Below the pieces are notes generated by a model. It was not told the origin of the DNA. It was given only the letters and a program-made list of their open reading frames with translations, and did no database searches. A stretch of DNA of 64,000 bases. Origin: Hypanus sabinus. Lineage: Eukaryota. The position numbers and the translations under genes are program-made. The stretch covers positions 21,080,001-21,144,000 of the forward strand of contig NC_082722.1 of the NCBI RefSeq assembly GCF_030144855.1, read 5' to 3'. Each line of letters opens with the position of its first letter. The first letter of the stretch is position 1. Below, one piece after another: positions 23,963-37,899 of this stretch.

Positions 23963-25814
23963 AACTCCAAGGAGAGGTGGCGAACACATGGGCCTTGGAG
24001 ACGAGAGGCAGAGGAAGATGTGACGGGGAGAGACACAGTAAACTAGGGTTTAACTACACTGGCGAACTTGGTATCGATGATCTTGGGTTGTAGGTTATGA
24101 AAGCTGAATATGAAGCCTCAGGCATGCCATGGTATGTTAACCTTTGTTGCAAAGGACTTGGTAAATGACAAGAAAGCCGTGCTGCAGCAAGGCAAAATGA
24201 CTCGGTTTCGCCACAATTGCGAACCATTTTGATCTTTTTTTCAATGGTATGTTTTTGTCAGAGGAAGTACAGTGAAAATCTCTAAATTGGGTCAACCAGT
24301 ATGTATGGAGAGAAGTGACCAGTCGAAGTTTCGTGTCCAGACTCTTCATCAGAACTCAAAGGAAGTAAAGAAGAAAGAGAGATAGCCAGTGTTAAAAGGT
24401 CAGAGAAAAGTTGGAGCAAGATTTGGAGAGTAATACGTGGATCCAGGTGAGGAACTGCTTAGCATCACTCTCCTAAATCAATATGATCTTCACTCTGATT
24501 ACTCACAATTTATCAGACTAAGTTCCTCGCTCACTATCATGGCTGATCCAATCGGAAACCCAGATACTGCTTTCCTTTTTGTCTGCAACTTGCACCGTTA
24601 TAAATCAGCTTTACTTTGTTGCTATTCGGTTGCTTTCTAAAATTCTCCAGCAAACTACTGATATAATTTACGCCATGTAATCTAAATGCTGGAATATTGA
24701 AGAAAACCATACTTCAAATCTCGTTTTGGCAGAGTGCGAGATGCGTTCAACTAATGAATTAACGAATCGTATGTATAATGGTGCCCACGACTGAGTTACA
24801 GCACTGTCGAACAGTGGAATAGATCCAGTAGATCATCGCTGCCATCCATGATTTAATATGAGAAATCTATATTCCCTCTAATTCTTGTTTAGCCTAATCA
24901 ATAATTTCATCTGCTTGAGTGATAAAAGTATTTTGTTATTGGCCTAGCAAATCGGCTAGTGCTTAAACAGGACTCCGACGAAATATAGGATGCGAACAGA
25001 CCGATGGTTCTCGATCCACGGGATGAACCGAACTAGTGATTCGGAAAAGGTGAAAGGCGGAGGGATCTATTTCATGATAAACGGTGCTTCTCCAATGTGG
25101 CAGTTTTCTCGTGATCTTGTTCGTACAAACTTGAACAGCAAACGATCAAACGCCGGCCGTTCTATTTACTAAAAGAGTTCTCCTTCATGATCTTTCCCGC
25201 CGTTTACATACCACCATCGTCCGATTGAGATACTGTATGATCCAAATAGGTAACAGCCCACCTCGACGCAATTCAGATCATCGTCGGGGAATTCAATGAG
25301 GCTTTTTTGAAGAAATGTCTGCCCAATTACCCTCAGTGACCTGTTGCACCAGAAGACCTGACACACTAGATCACTGGTAATGTATAAAAAGATAAGAAAT
25401 GCCTACACTTCCAAGCCTCAAAGTGTGACCACTTGGCTGTCCTTCTCCTACCTGCATAGAGGCAAAAGTAAACGAGCAAGGATCCAGAGATTAAGACAAC
25501 AGAAAGGTGGTCGCAGGAGGCAGTGGAACGGCCACCACGGGATTGGTTCTAGTCGGTGGACTGGGCTGTTTTCAAGGTCTCGTCTACGAAACTGAATAAA
25601 TACTTCAGGGTTATTTCGGATGTGTAGAAAAAAACAGTCGGAGAGAAGTGAGTCCAAGAGGCCTGGATGAACCATGGCATCTGCAGTCTGCTGAGGTCAG
25701 ATCACAGGCTTCAATACTGGCGACCAATGAAGTTATAAAAGGTACATAAAGGCATTTCATGGGGAAGTGACAATTCCAGATTAAACTTCAATGAATGAAG
25801 GATGCCTAACAGTT

Positions 25815-27310
25815 GCGGCTGGGCTTGAATGTTATCAAAGTGCAATCAAACCAAAAAATCTGCAGATCCTGAAAATCTCAAGCCACACACACACAATATG
25901 CTGGAGAAACGCAGCAGTCCTGGTAGCACTTATGTAACAGAATAATCAGTTGACGTCTTGTGTCGAGATCATTCATCAGAACTGGAAAGAAAGTGGAAGC
26001 AGTCAAAATAAGAGGGGGAAGAAACCTTGTTTCAGGATGGTCTTAATGATATCCACTTTTTCCTGGACGTCAATTCCTCGTCAATTTCATCAATGTTGCC
26101 TCCAACGTCCATGCTGGCCTCAAATTGTTCAATTTCTGAAATATGTCTCCCCTTTCTCGATATCTGTCTCAATCGCAGAAGACCGTCTAACTACGGACAT
26201 ATTTGACATTCACATTGACTATCACAGCTATCTGGACTACACCTCTTCCCACACTGTCACTTGTAAAAATGCATCTGCTCTCATGATAACGCTTTCCATT
26301 TCAGTACTATTGATATGTTCTCATTTACGAAAAGGAAATGTCTTGTTTGTACCATCAACACTTCCCTGACCAGCATCACTTCCATTTCGCGCCATCCTCC
26401 CACTCAAACACAGGGATAGGATTCCTCTTGCCCTCAGGTACCATTTCACTGCCTCCGCATCCAGCATATCATTCTATGTAACTATCACCATTTCCTACAG
26501 GATCCCACCATCATGCACAAATTTCCCTAATCCCCATAGACACACTATCCGCTCTCCACAGGGCGTCCCTATGCAAATCCTTTTATCCACACGTCCCACC
26601 CAACTGACCACTCTCCTGGCACTTAGACTTTCAAGCAGAAAAAATGCCACACTTGCCCATACACTTCCTCTCTTACGAACACTCTGGGCCCCAAACAGTG
26701 AGACGACACATCATCAGCCATTCAACTGGTGTCACCTACTGTATCCGGTGCTTACTGCGTGGAATCCTGTTTTTCGGTGAGACTCGACGTAGATTGGGAG
26801 AAAGCTTCATCGAGCACCATCTTTCCGTCTGCTACAGAAAGTAAGATTTCTCGGTGGCCACTCATTTTAATTCTACTTCCAATTCCCATTGCACATGTCA
26901 GACCATGGCCTCGTCAACTGCCACGATCAGGGCACACTCAGGATGGAAGCCCAACACCTTATATTTCCTCTGGTTAGACTCCAACGTGATGAGATAAACC
27001 TCGCAATTCCTTCCCTTCCCCCACCCCATCACTTCCCATTCTGGATTCAGTCTCTCACTTTACCGGCCCATTAACCTCGCGCTGGTAATACTCCTCCTTC
27101 ACTTTCTTCCGTCCTCTCCTAACAGGTGCCTCCTTCTCCAACTCATCAGTTCTTTCAACAATCAACATCCCAGCACTGCAGTTCTCCCCCTCCCTGTCTC
27201 CGGGATCCACCTGTCACCTGTCACCTTGAACGTCGACTATTTACGCTTCTTCATAGATGCTGCCTGTTTTGCTGAGTTCCTCCAGCATTTTGTGTGTGTT
27301 GCTTTGAAGT
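25815..27310 (+). mobile_element. Penelope-like element with inverted 5' pLTR
   Basis: RT thumb remnant (HSYLDYTSSH), degenerate GIY-YIG (GVTYCIRC...FFGETRRRLGE) and a 3' pLTR with an inverted copy at about 25850-26060. Confidence 0.75.
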
Positions 27311-28077
27311 CAAACGACAATTATGCTTCGCGGCCAGATGAGCTAAATGTCTTCTATGCTAGCCTTGATTGTTAAAACAATGAGGAACCATCACAAACTC
27401 CATCAGACCCCGATGATTCTGTGATTTCGGTCTCTGAGACAACTTGACAGCTCCCTTTAGGACAGTGAACCCACGGAAAGCAACCGGCCCAGATGGAATA
27501 CTTGCCGAGAACTAAAGAACTGTGCTGATCAACCTAAGCTGCTCCTCGGCTTCAAACAGTCTGCGATTATTCCAGTGCTTATGAAGAATGTAGTAACCTG
27601 CTTATCTTCCTGTAGCACTTCGATCCAGAGTGAGAAAGTGTTTAGAAAGTTTGCTAATTTGCCGACCGTTACGACAGATTTACAGCAGGTGCTATTTCAT
27701 TGGCTCTTCATTAGCCTGGAATATCCGTATACATCAGAATGCTCCTTATCGAATGATCTTGGGGTGCAATACTATCATCTCCTCAAAACTAATCAATTAG
27801 CTTGAAGATTTTAGCTTCAATGCCCGTTTGAGCAATTTACTCCATGATTTCCTCAGTTGAGGATACGGTGATTACAGATTGACAGCAAGATCTCCTCCAC
27901 AAGTTCCATCAGCACAGCTGCCCCAGAAGGCTGTGTGATCACCATCCTGCTCTGATCGATTTACTCCTATAATTGTGCGGCTGAGCACAGCTCCAAACAG
28001 ATTTAATAGTTCTGAGGACACCACTATCGTGGGCCGCATCAAATGTGGATACCAATTCGTATGCAGCAGGTAGATTG

Positions 28078-28347
28078 NNNNNNNNNNNNNNNNNNNNNNN
28101 NNNNNNNNNNNNNNNNNNNNNNNNNNNNNNNNNNNNNNNNNNNNNNNNNNNNNNNNNNNNNNNNNNNNNNNNNNNNNNNNNNNNNNNNNNNNNNNNNNNN
28201 NNNNNNNNNNNNNNNNNNNNNNNNNNNNNNNNNNNNNNNNNNNNNNNNNNNNNNNNNNNNNNNNNNNNNNNNNNNNNNNNNNNNNNNNNNNNNNNNNNNN
28301 NNNNNNNNNNNNNNNNNNNNNNNNNNNNNNNNNNNNNNNNNNNNNNN
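28078..28347. other. Assembly gap (270 N)
   Basis: Run of N. Confidence 1.
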
Positions 28348-30809
28348 CAATGTCAGGAAGAGGAACGAGATGATTATTCACTTCAAGAGAAAGAAACCGG
28401 AGGTCCATGAGCCAGTCCTCACTGGGAAATCAGAGGTAGAGACGGCTAGCCACTTGTAGTAACTCAATGTAATAATTTCAGATGACGTTTCCTGGTTATG
28501 GTGATAGCATAGCAGTGCATTTGCTTCCTTCAGAGTTTGCAAAGAACTTGCGTGACATCTACAGCTTTGCCTTACTGCCGTAGATGTCCAGTGGAGCTTA
28601 GATTGAAACAACTGAGCCCTAAAACGGAAATACCTTTAAAATATGAAGATACCGCCCAGCCCAACACAGATAAAGTTCTCCTCACCATCGAATACATCCA
28701 CATGCAGAGATATCGCAAGCAGCAGCATCCATCATCACAGACACCCTCAAGCCAGGCCATGCTTTCTTCTCAATACTGTCCACAGAAAAAAAAAGATATA
28801 GCAGTCTGTAGACTCATACCGCCAAGATCAGGAAAATTTCAACAAACAGTCTCCTGATCCAGAGGGATTAACTGCGTCTATTTTCACATGCCCTAACACT
28901 GAACTGTTCCAATAACCTTTGCACTCATTTTCAAGGACTCTCCATTTCATTTTCTCCACTCTTACAGCTTAAATATTGATATTATTATTATTAGCAAATT
29001 TTATTATATACTTTTTCTCAGCTCAAGGCGGTGAAACCTAAGGTATGGCCCTACACAAACACACTGAGTTCTCAATTGTTAAGAATATTCAGACTATTCC
29101 AGTGGTGCTTTGTGAAGATCTACATAAATTTTGCTGTATACATCGAATTGTTTGATGATCCTGTGTTGTGACGGTGGAATGATACGAGTTGTAGATGTTA
29201 GTATTTGGACACTATATCCGGTTCATATTCTATAGTCTTTCAATTTCCTTTTTCAATCTGCAGATTTCTGGATTTATTCACTTAAGTGGAAAATAAGTTT
29301 TTCACTTTTTTTATTGTGTATTGGCAATGGCTATATCTATCAAAGAAGATGTCCTTGCTTATTCATCCTGTAATCTATCCGCACATTTATAATGGATTAT
29401 CTTGTCTCTGATACATCTGTCTCTGCCACTCTGCGCACTGTTCTATGATGTTAGACAGTATGAAGGTCTTATCAACAAAGCCTCTGTTTCTCCTGAAGCC
29501 TCCTTGCTCTTTCCTCAAGCACACATCTCCGTTGTGTCCGTTGGACAATGACGAAATTTACACAACAGTCAGATAAAACTTCGAAGGATCTATGTTCTGT
29601 AATAATAGATAGATCGTAATATTATTTGTGTGATTCTGACTCTGAAACAGGACCAAGCTTGTATTGGTCCTGTTTTAGGATCAAGCTTTGTTCTCTTATC
29701 AGGTTGTACTTTAAAGCAAGATTTTAGTGATCGGTGTTTGCTAATTCATTGTGCCAGTGCAAGTAATCAGATTAAATTAAGCTGCTGCAGGATCCCGTAA
29801 TATGGTCGATTGTTTCTGTTACTTTTTCCTGTTGAAATGTTCTACAATTATCAGCTTGAATTTGTTAGTTTTTAATCATTTTTGCTAATTGCTGCTGTGT
29901 TACCCACCTGCTCCTGCATGGTATATGAATATAAATGGTGAAGAACGCACGGCTGTGACACATGGATGTTCGGGTGACTGGTTCGAAGAAGGCTACTATG
30001 AGCCTGCGTCAATAATGTTACAAAAGGTCTAGCTTCGATTTCTGGAAAGCAGACTGTAAGCAAAATGTGAAAATGCAGATATAAATAAGCAGCAATACAT
30101 AACGAGTTTGAATTAACAATGTAGCACAGCCCTTAAATGAGTGTAGTTATCCCTTTGTTCAAGAGGCTGTTGGTTGAGCTATAGTAACTATTCTTGAACC
30201 TGGTGGTATGAGTCCGGAGGCACTTGTAACTTCACCCTGATATCAGCAGCGAGAAAAGAATATGTCGTGTGTGGTGAGAATCTTTGATGATTGATGCTGC
30301 TTTACTACGGCAGCGTTTCATGTAGATGTGCTCAATGGTTGGGAGGTTTTTACCGTAATGTACTCAAACAAATCCACTACTTTTGTAGCATCTTACGCTC
30401 AAAGGCATTGGTGTTCCCATACCAGGCTGGAATACAGCCAGTCAGCCCACTTTCACCACATATCTATAGAGGTTTGACAAGGTTGTCGACAACATGCAGA
30501 ACCTCGTAGCAAGTAAAGGCGCTGTCGTGCTTTCTTCGCTGTAAAATGTATATAATAAGCCGAGGACAGGTCCTATGAGAGAGTGACATCTGGACCGTTA
30601 AATTAACTGACCCTCTCCAGCTCTGCTCTTCCGATAGTTATTGGCTCTGGGCCTCCAGTTTCCCTTTACTGAAGACTGCAATCAGTTTCTTGTTCTTATT
30701 GACATTGAGTGAGACGCTCATCACTCAAACAAGTTTTCAATATCCCTCCTGTACGCTGTTTCATTATCCCTTTTGATACAACCGACGAAAGTGGTGTTAT
30801 CAGCATACT

Positions 30810-31850
30810 AGTATATAGATACGTACACAACGCTGGAAGAACTTAGCAGGTCAGGCAGCATCCGTGAGAAAAGTGTAGCCAATGTTTTGGGCCGAGACCC
30901 TTCATCAGGAATGGGGGGGAAGAGAGGGCCGAAGCCCAGTAATAGAGATAGGGGAGGGGGAAGGGCCAGAGCCGCCAGGTGGAAAACCAATCAGAGGAAA
31001 GATAAAGGGGGGAGGGGAGGGGATAAGCATGAAGGAACTGTAGAGATAAAGGAGCAGAAAGTCGAAAGGAGAGAGAGGCAGAGAGGGTTCTGGGATAGGG
31101 GAAGGGGGAGCGGGAGGGAATTACCGGATACTGGAGAATTCAATGTTCATACCACCAGGCTGGAGGCTACCCAGACGGTAGATGAGGTGCTGTTGCTCCA
31201 ACCTGAGTTTGGCCTCATCATGGCAGTAGAGGAGGCCATGTATGGACATATCTAGATGGGAATGAGGGGCAGTGGCTGGCAACCAGGAGGTCCTGTCTAT
31301 CGTGACGGACGAAGCGGAGGTGCTCGACAAAGCGGTTCCCCAATCTGCGTAAGGTCTCGCCAATGTAGAGGAGGCCGCACCGGGAGCACCGGATACAACA
31401 GACAACTCCAGCAGACTCGCAGGTGAAGTTTTGCCTCATCTGGCAGGACTGTTTGTGACCCGGAATGGTGGTAAGAGGGGAGGTATGGGGACAGCCTGGT
31501 CCACAAGTGCCTCCCCACAGAACTCCGACCCGGCACTTATCCCTGTAAGCGCAAATGCTACACATGTCCCCACACCTCCTCCTTTACCACCTATAGTTCT
31601 TTCATGCATATCCCCTCCCCATTTTATCTTTCTTCTGATTGGTTTTCCACCTGGCGCCTTTAGCCCTTCCCCCTCCCCTATCTCTATTACTGGTTTTCGG
31701 CCCTCTCTTCCGCCCCATTCCTGATGAAGGGTCTCGGCCCGAAACTTTGGCTACTCTTTTCTCACGGTTGCTGCCTGACCTGCTGAGTTCTTCCAGCGTT
31801 GTGTACGTATCCCTTCATCCACAGCACCTGCAGTTGTACTTTTGTGTACT
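30810..31850 (-). mobile_element. Penelope-like element (GIY-YIG end) flanked by inverted pLTRs
   Basis: CIRCSRCGLLYIGETLRRLGNRFVEH at 31218-31565; 30811-31035 and 31590-31810 are inverted repeats. Confidence 0.85.
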
Positions 31851-33074
31851 TGTATATGGAGTTGGATACGGACATAGCTACGCAGATGTAGATGTAAAGC
31901 GAGTGGAGCAAGAGGTTACGTAGGCATCTCTACGGTGACCCTGTGCTGATGGAGATTGCGGAGGAGATGCTTTCGCAATCCGAACGAACTCTAATGCTGG
32001 CGTCTACAATGAGGAAATCCAGGATCTAACTGCAGAAGAGCCTACTGAGTGCCAGTTTGTAGAGTTTACTGTTTGGTTTCGCGGGATAGATGGTGTTAAA
32101 TACCGTCCTGTAACATAAATCTCCGGAAAATAAATATAAAGGAGGGAGACAAGTCTGCAGACGAATAGGCACGAGGCGTTACATCTGGTGGAATGAGCGC
32201 AGTGTTGCTGTGCTAATTCACAGTTTTATCCCTGCTGCCATCAAAAAGGAAATGCAGAAGCCTTAGGTACCAGACCGCCAGGTTGAGGAACAATGATTAC
32301 CTTCAACCAGCAGGCCTCTAAACCAACGTGGATAATTTTACTCTTCTCGATTGTGAACTGATTCAATAAACGATGGACTTGCTTTCAGTTACTTCACAAC
32401 TCATGTTCTCAGCATATTTCCATACCTAATTATTTATGATTATTAAAATTGTCTGTATTTGCACAGATTATCTTCCTCTGCACATTGGTGGTTTGTCAGT
32501 CTTTGTATGCGGATTTTTCATTGAATACTTTGCATTTCGTTGTTGCGTTGCTAATGCCCGGAAGAAAATGAGTCTCGGGGTAATAAATAGTGACAAATAC
32601 GTACTTTGATGTTATATTTACATTGAACGCTGAAATTCAATTTAATGATGCTGCAGATACATTGGAAACAGTTCTGCGTGATGGTATAAAAGAATGATAC
32701 GTAGATGGACGTGTCGTCAGTAAAGGCTTGTTGGCAGGGCAACATTTGTATCTGCTGAAGTACAGAAACGGAAAAGTGATATCGATTGATATGTATTTGA
32801 TCTTGACGGCTCTAAACGAGGTAGCTAATAAAGGCTTATATGCCCATGTGAAGAAACATAAATAACTCTCAGTACTTCGTGTCTTTGGATGTCTCTTCCT
32901 GAAACAAAACATTGAAACCTATATTTTTGTGTGATTTTAATGTTGACAATAAAGTCTCCTCAAGAAGCAGGAAGTCGAAAGTTGCTGTGATGGGCGGGGT
33001 TGGAATTTGATGTTACCGTCAGATCAGTCACATTTTTTGTTGACTGGCGAATCATGTCGATTTGTCAAGTGCTC

Positions 33075-33485
33075 TTCTTTTTTTTAAATTTATTTATAAA
33101 ATTTTTCGAAAATTAAAAAGAATAAGTGTAATGATAAAATAGTACAAAAGAGAAAAAAATAATATTAACCCTCCCCCTCACTTTAAAACTCCCCCCCCCC
33201 CTTAACCCCTGTCTAAAGAAAGAAAAAAAAAGAAAGAAAGAAGAGAAAGATTGCCTGGATACCGGAGGATCCCCACATGCTCCATGGAGTTCAAAATAAT
33301 TTTAATTTTTATTTTTAATTTCCCCCAAATACTTTATAATTGTATATTCAAAGGACCTATGTATTTAATCCTATCTTTTGTAGGTATGGGATCCAAATTT
33401 TCGAAAATATATCATATTCATTTCTTAGATTGTATGTAATTTTTCAAATTGAATACAACTATATATTTTATTATTCCAACGATCT
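33075..33485 (-). mobile_element. L1-like 3' end insertion private to the left arm
   Basis: Poly-T start, CTCTTCTT duplicated at both ends, absent at the homologous site (about 54205). Confidence 0.6.
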
Positions 33486-33702
33486 CTTCTTCTGCTGTGT
33501 TATTTTCCCAGTATCCTGCAGACTTTTAATATTCCAAATATGTCTTTGAAATCGCCGTCTTATTGGGATGTAAGCTCATTTCTCTTTTGAGTTACCTCTA
33601 ACAATTCGCTGCAGCCAGGCACATTAAATAGCCCCGAAATTTGCCTCAATGGCAAAACTGCATTACTTTCTATTGCCGGCATTGCTCGAATAATTAGATA
33701 TA

Positions 33703-34245
33703 TACTCATTGGCCATTTTATTAGGTGCACCCGCATACCTGCTCGTTAATGCAAATATCTAGTCAGACATATATGTGGGAGCAAAGCAATGCATAAAACA
33801 TACAGACATGTCTAATAAGTATAGTTGTTGCTCGGGCCAAACATCGGAATGTTCAAGAATTGCGAGCAAGGTGACTTTGACCGTGGAGTGATTGTTGCTG
33901 CCTAACTGGGTAATTTGATATCACAGAAACTGTGGTTTGGCTCGTAACTTCATGTACAACAGTCTCTAAAATTTAAAGAGAGTGGTGCGAAAAAAACGGG
34001 AAAACCATCAAGTGAGTGACAATTATTTCAACGAAAGTTCATACTTAAAGAGAGAAACCAGAGGGGACTGTCTAGACTATGTCACCCTGTCGGGAAGGTG
34101 ACAATAAACACGTGTTACAGCAATGGTGTACAGAAGAGCATCTCTGAAAGCACAACACGTCGAATCTTGTAGCAGATGGGCTGCAAAAGCAAAAGATTAT
34201 GAACATACAGAAATACATTCAGTAGCCACTTTATGGTATACTTGC
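33703..34245 (+). mobile_element. Tc1-derived non-autonomous element (mirror copy at about 53500-54030)
   Basis: Tc1-like terminus (tactcattggccattttattaggtgcac) and degenerate N-terminal HTH coding sequence. Confidence 0.7.
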
Positions 34246-34419
34246 AGAAGTTAATAAATTTGTCACTGCGATTATCGTGTCTATGGATACGAATTTATTT
34301 TCTCTGCTGATGCAGATCATCTAACTGTCGGGCAGACTTGACTGGGGGAATGCATTTCCTACGCATGCTGTTCAGTTTTCATTGGTCAGATGGTACTTAA
34401 AGGGCATTTCCGTTTAACA

Positions 34420-35185
34420 ATGATGGATATGAACAATTTACCTTTACCTTCCATTCCTAGATTAGGAATTCTGGTCCTTCATTTCATTTACAGAACACGT
34501 GGACAATTTATTTTGATTTTCTCTTTAGTTTGTGCAACCGTGGTGCAGTTCGTAGCAAAACTGCACTAACGGCGACTCCTTTGCTTGCATGTTCGGAAAA
34601 AGCGCTAGATCCATCCTTAATATCTCGTTTTTCCTTTTCAGGTTTCCTTTGAAAAGCCTGACTTGTAGTTCCACGCGGACAGCGGTTCTCTGTGGAAATG
34701 GGACCCGCTCTCCTGACCTCACGAGCGGCGGCTTTTAGATTTGCCGAACACACGGGTGGAAGACCAGAGTGCCGTCAGGATAACGTATTTTCCTGGCTCT
34801 CGAAACGAGCTAATTTGAGGCCGCTGCCGCCGCCTGATGTGTGGTGGGAGTACACGGAAGACCGAAAGCAGTGAGCTAGCTGCTGGCTATGTGTCCAGAG
34901 GCCACAGTGCTTTGGACACAGAGCTCGGAAAAAGTGTGGCAACAGACTTTTAGCACCCTGATTCAACGAGGTAGTTTGTTATGTCTCCCCTCTCGCTGTG
35001 CAACGTGGACATCTCTTTTTTTTACCGTTATAAAGGTCGGAGAGAGCCCGTAGTATGTGGAAAACCAGGAGGACGAGTAGCGTTTGGGGTACTGCAAGTC
35101 TTCGTTTTTTTTTTTTGAAGCTTTGCTGCACGCTTGAGTGCTCGGTTGAGGATGCAAATGCTTTTTTGTTGGAGTGGGAGGGGGA
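34420..35185. repeat. Unassigned GC-richer interspersed repeat (mirror copy at about 52375-53190)
   Basis: About 800 bp of reverse-complement similarity; no family recognised. Confidence 0.55.
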
Positions 35186-35194
35186 CGTTGTTGC

Positions 35195-37330
35195 TTAGCC
35201 CTCTATTTTACTAAGTTGCATATACCTTTCTAAAAGCCTCTTAAAAGACCCTGTCGTATAAGCCTCCATCAACATTGCTGGCAGTACATTCCACGCACTC
35301 ACGACTCTCTGTGTAAAAAACTTACCCCTGACATCTCCTCTGCACCTTAAACCTGTGACCTATTGTGGCAACCAGTTCAGCCCTGGATATAAGCCTCTGA
35401 CTCTCCACACGATCAATGACTTTCAACATCTTGTACACCTCTGTCAGGTCACCTCTCATCATCCCTCCCTCCAAGGAGAAAAGGCCGAGTTCACTCAACC
35501 TATTTCATAAGGCATCCTACCCACACCAGGCAAGATCCCTGTAAATGTCCTCTACACACTTTCTATGGCTTCCACATCCTTCCCGTAGTGAGGTAACCAG
35601 AAATGAGTACAGTACTCCAAGCAGGGTCTGACCAGGGTTCTATATAACTGCAACTTACCTCTCGGCTCCCAAATTCAAATCCACGATTGATGAAGGCCAA
35701 TACACCAGACGTCTTTTTAACCACAGAGTCAACCTGTGCAGCTGCTTTGAGCGTCCTATAGACTCGGCCACCTAGGTCCCGCTGATTATCCACACAGTCA
35801 AGAATCTTACCTTTAAAAACTATACTCTGCCTTCATATTTGGCCTACCAAAATGAACCACTTCATACTTATTGGGGTTGAACACCGTCTGCTACTTCTCA
35901 GCCCAGTTTAGCATCTTATCAATGTCCCGATGTAACCTCTGACAGCCCTCCACAATATCCACAACACTTCCAACGTTGTGCCATCAGCAAACTTACTAAC
36001 CCATCCCTCCGCTTCCTCAGCCAGGCCATTTATAAATATCACGAAGAGTAAGGGTCCCAGAACAGATCCGTGAAGCAGATCACTGGTCACCGACCTCCAT
36101 GCAGAATATGACCCGTCTACAACCACTCGTCTATGAGCCATCCAGTTTTGGATCTACAAAGCAATATCCCCATGGATCCCATTCTTCCTTACTTTCTCAA
36201 TAAGCCTTACATGTGTTCAATTCTGTTCACCTTATTATAGGAAAGATGTGGAAGCTATGGAGAGGGTCCAGAGGAGATTTAACAGAATGTTGCCTGGGTT
36301 TGGAGAACAATTCATATGAAGCAAGGTTAGCAGAGCTGGGACCATTCTCTTAGGAGCGTAGAAAATGCGAGGGGTCTTGACAGAGGTCTACAAGATTATG
36401 AGAGGCATAGATAGGGTGGATAGTCAATACCTGTTTCCCAGGGCACCAATAGCAAACACCAGAGGGCATATGTACAAAATTAAGGGAGCGAAGTTTAGGG
36501 GAGACATCAGGGATAAGTTTTTTCACAGAGGGTTGTGAGTGCCTGGAATGACTTGCCAGGGACTGTGCTGGAGGCTAAAACATTAGGAGTATTTAAGAGC
36601 CTCTTGGACAGGCACATGGATGAAAGAAAAATGGAGGGTTATCGGGTAGTGTGGTTCGATACCTTTTTTTAAGGATTATATGGGTCGCTCAACATGGAGG
36701 GCTGAAGGGCCTGAATTGTGCTGTAGTACTCGATGGTTCTAACTGGTACCTTATCAAATGCCTTGCTGAAATCCTTATACAATACTTCTACTGCCCTTCC
36801 TTCATCAACGTGTTTAGTCATATCCTCAAAAAATTCAAACAGTCTCGTACGGCACGACCTGCCCTTGTCAAAGCCATGCTGCCTAATCTTGATCAAATTA
36901 TACCTCTCCAAATGTTCATAAATCTTGCCTCTCAGGATTCTGTCTATCAAATTCCCTAGTAAAGTTATTGATCCTTTGATTTTGCTAACCTCCACCCACA
37001 GAGACTCCGCAGACAATCCCTCTATGGCGTCCACCTTTTCTGCAGTTGTGACACAATCTCTGATCTACAGTGCCACGCCCCCAACTATTTTCCCTCCCTC
37101 CTTGTACTTTCTGAAACATCTAAAAACGGCACTTCAAGTAACCAGTCCTGACCGTAGGCCCTCTAAGTCTCTGTAATGGCAACCACATCATATCTCCTAG
37201 TACTGCTCCACACTCTGCGCTCATCCGCTTTATTCACAACACTCCTTGCTTTAAAATAGACACATCTCAAGCGTTCGGTCTGAGCGCGTCTGATCTCGAT
37301 TATCTGCCTGTTCTGTTCGCTTGCACTGTC
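35195..37330. mobile_element. Cluster of CR1 fragments (minus 35195-36205, plus 36215-36725, minus 36740-37330)
   Basis: HGSVLGPLLF, DFSKAFDKVP, QHGFDKGRSC and GSITLLG fragments in alternating orientation. Confidence 0.85.
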
Positions 37331-37899
37331 TGCAAGCTTTCTCTATTTGTGAGCTAACCTCCTCTTCCCCAGTCTCTTCCGTTCCGTTCTCACTTTTGTT
37401 CTCGTTTTTGTTCGCACTTTCAACACCAAAAGTAGTCGATTATTCGTTGGCCGGAGGCACTTCCAACCTAACGGTCGGCTCAAGGAAGGAGTAAATGATA
37501 CTTCGAAATTCACTATTGTCCCTCCTGAACCTAACTACGTTTAAATCAAACTAACAATATTTTGGACCTATTTTCAGTCATAGCTCGCGTTCCGGAAGTT
37601 TGCTTCGATTTTCAGCTTTTCGTCCTCTTTAAAACAAGTACATATGCGTATGTTGTAAGTTCCTGTTTCTGACTAAATGCAGATGCAATTTTGATACTGA
37701 GAAGGTGCAGAGAGGCCGAGGCGAACGTGTTAATCTCGTAAATTGTGACCTGTGAAAGTCAGTCATATTGTTCATTATCCTGCGGCTGCAGAGGCGCCCG
37801 AGTCTGAAAGAAAGCGGTTGCATGTGTATCTGTCTCTCATTGATTATCAGCGACAGGCTGTAACCGCAATGTAAACTTTCTATTTCTGATTTTCCATTC

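Larger units (their letters stand above)
24960..28860 (+). mobile_element. Rex1/Babar-type LINE remnant, interrupted by a Penelope element and an N-gap
   Basis: Endonuclease-like segment (KVKGGGIYFMIN) at about 24990-25400; RT and C-terminal remnants at 27310-28860. Confidence 0.65.
32050..35185. repeat. Left arm, block 2, of inverted duplication (pairs with about 52375-55340)
   Basis: For example, 32800-32940 is the reverse complement of 54360-54510; shared Tc1 and unassigned repeats. Confidence 0.85.

Noticed and set aside
24651-24680. ctccag|QTTDIIYAM* ITIM-like stub on the plus strand
   Set aside because: Truncated motif with no linked exons; expected by chance in AT-rich DNA.
27872-28459. 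Long ORFs crossing the N-runs (also 45903-46387)
   Set aside because: Artefacts of translating through assembly gaps.
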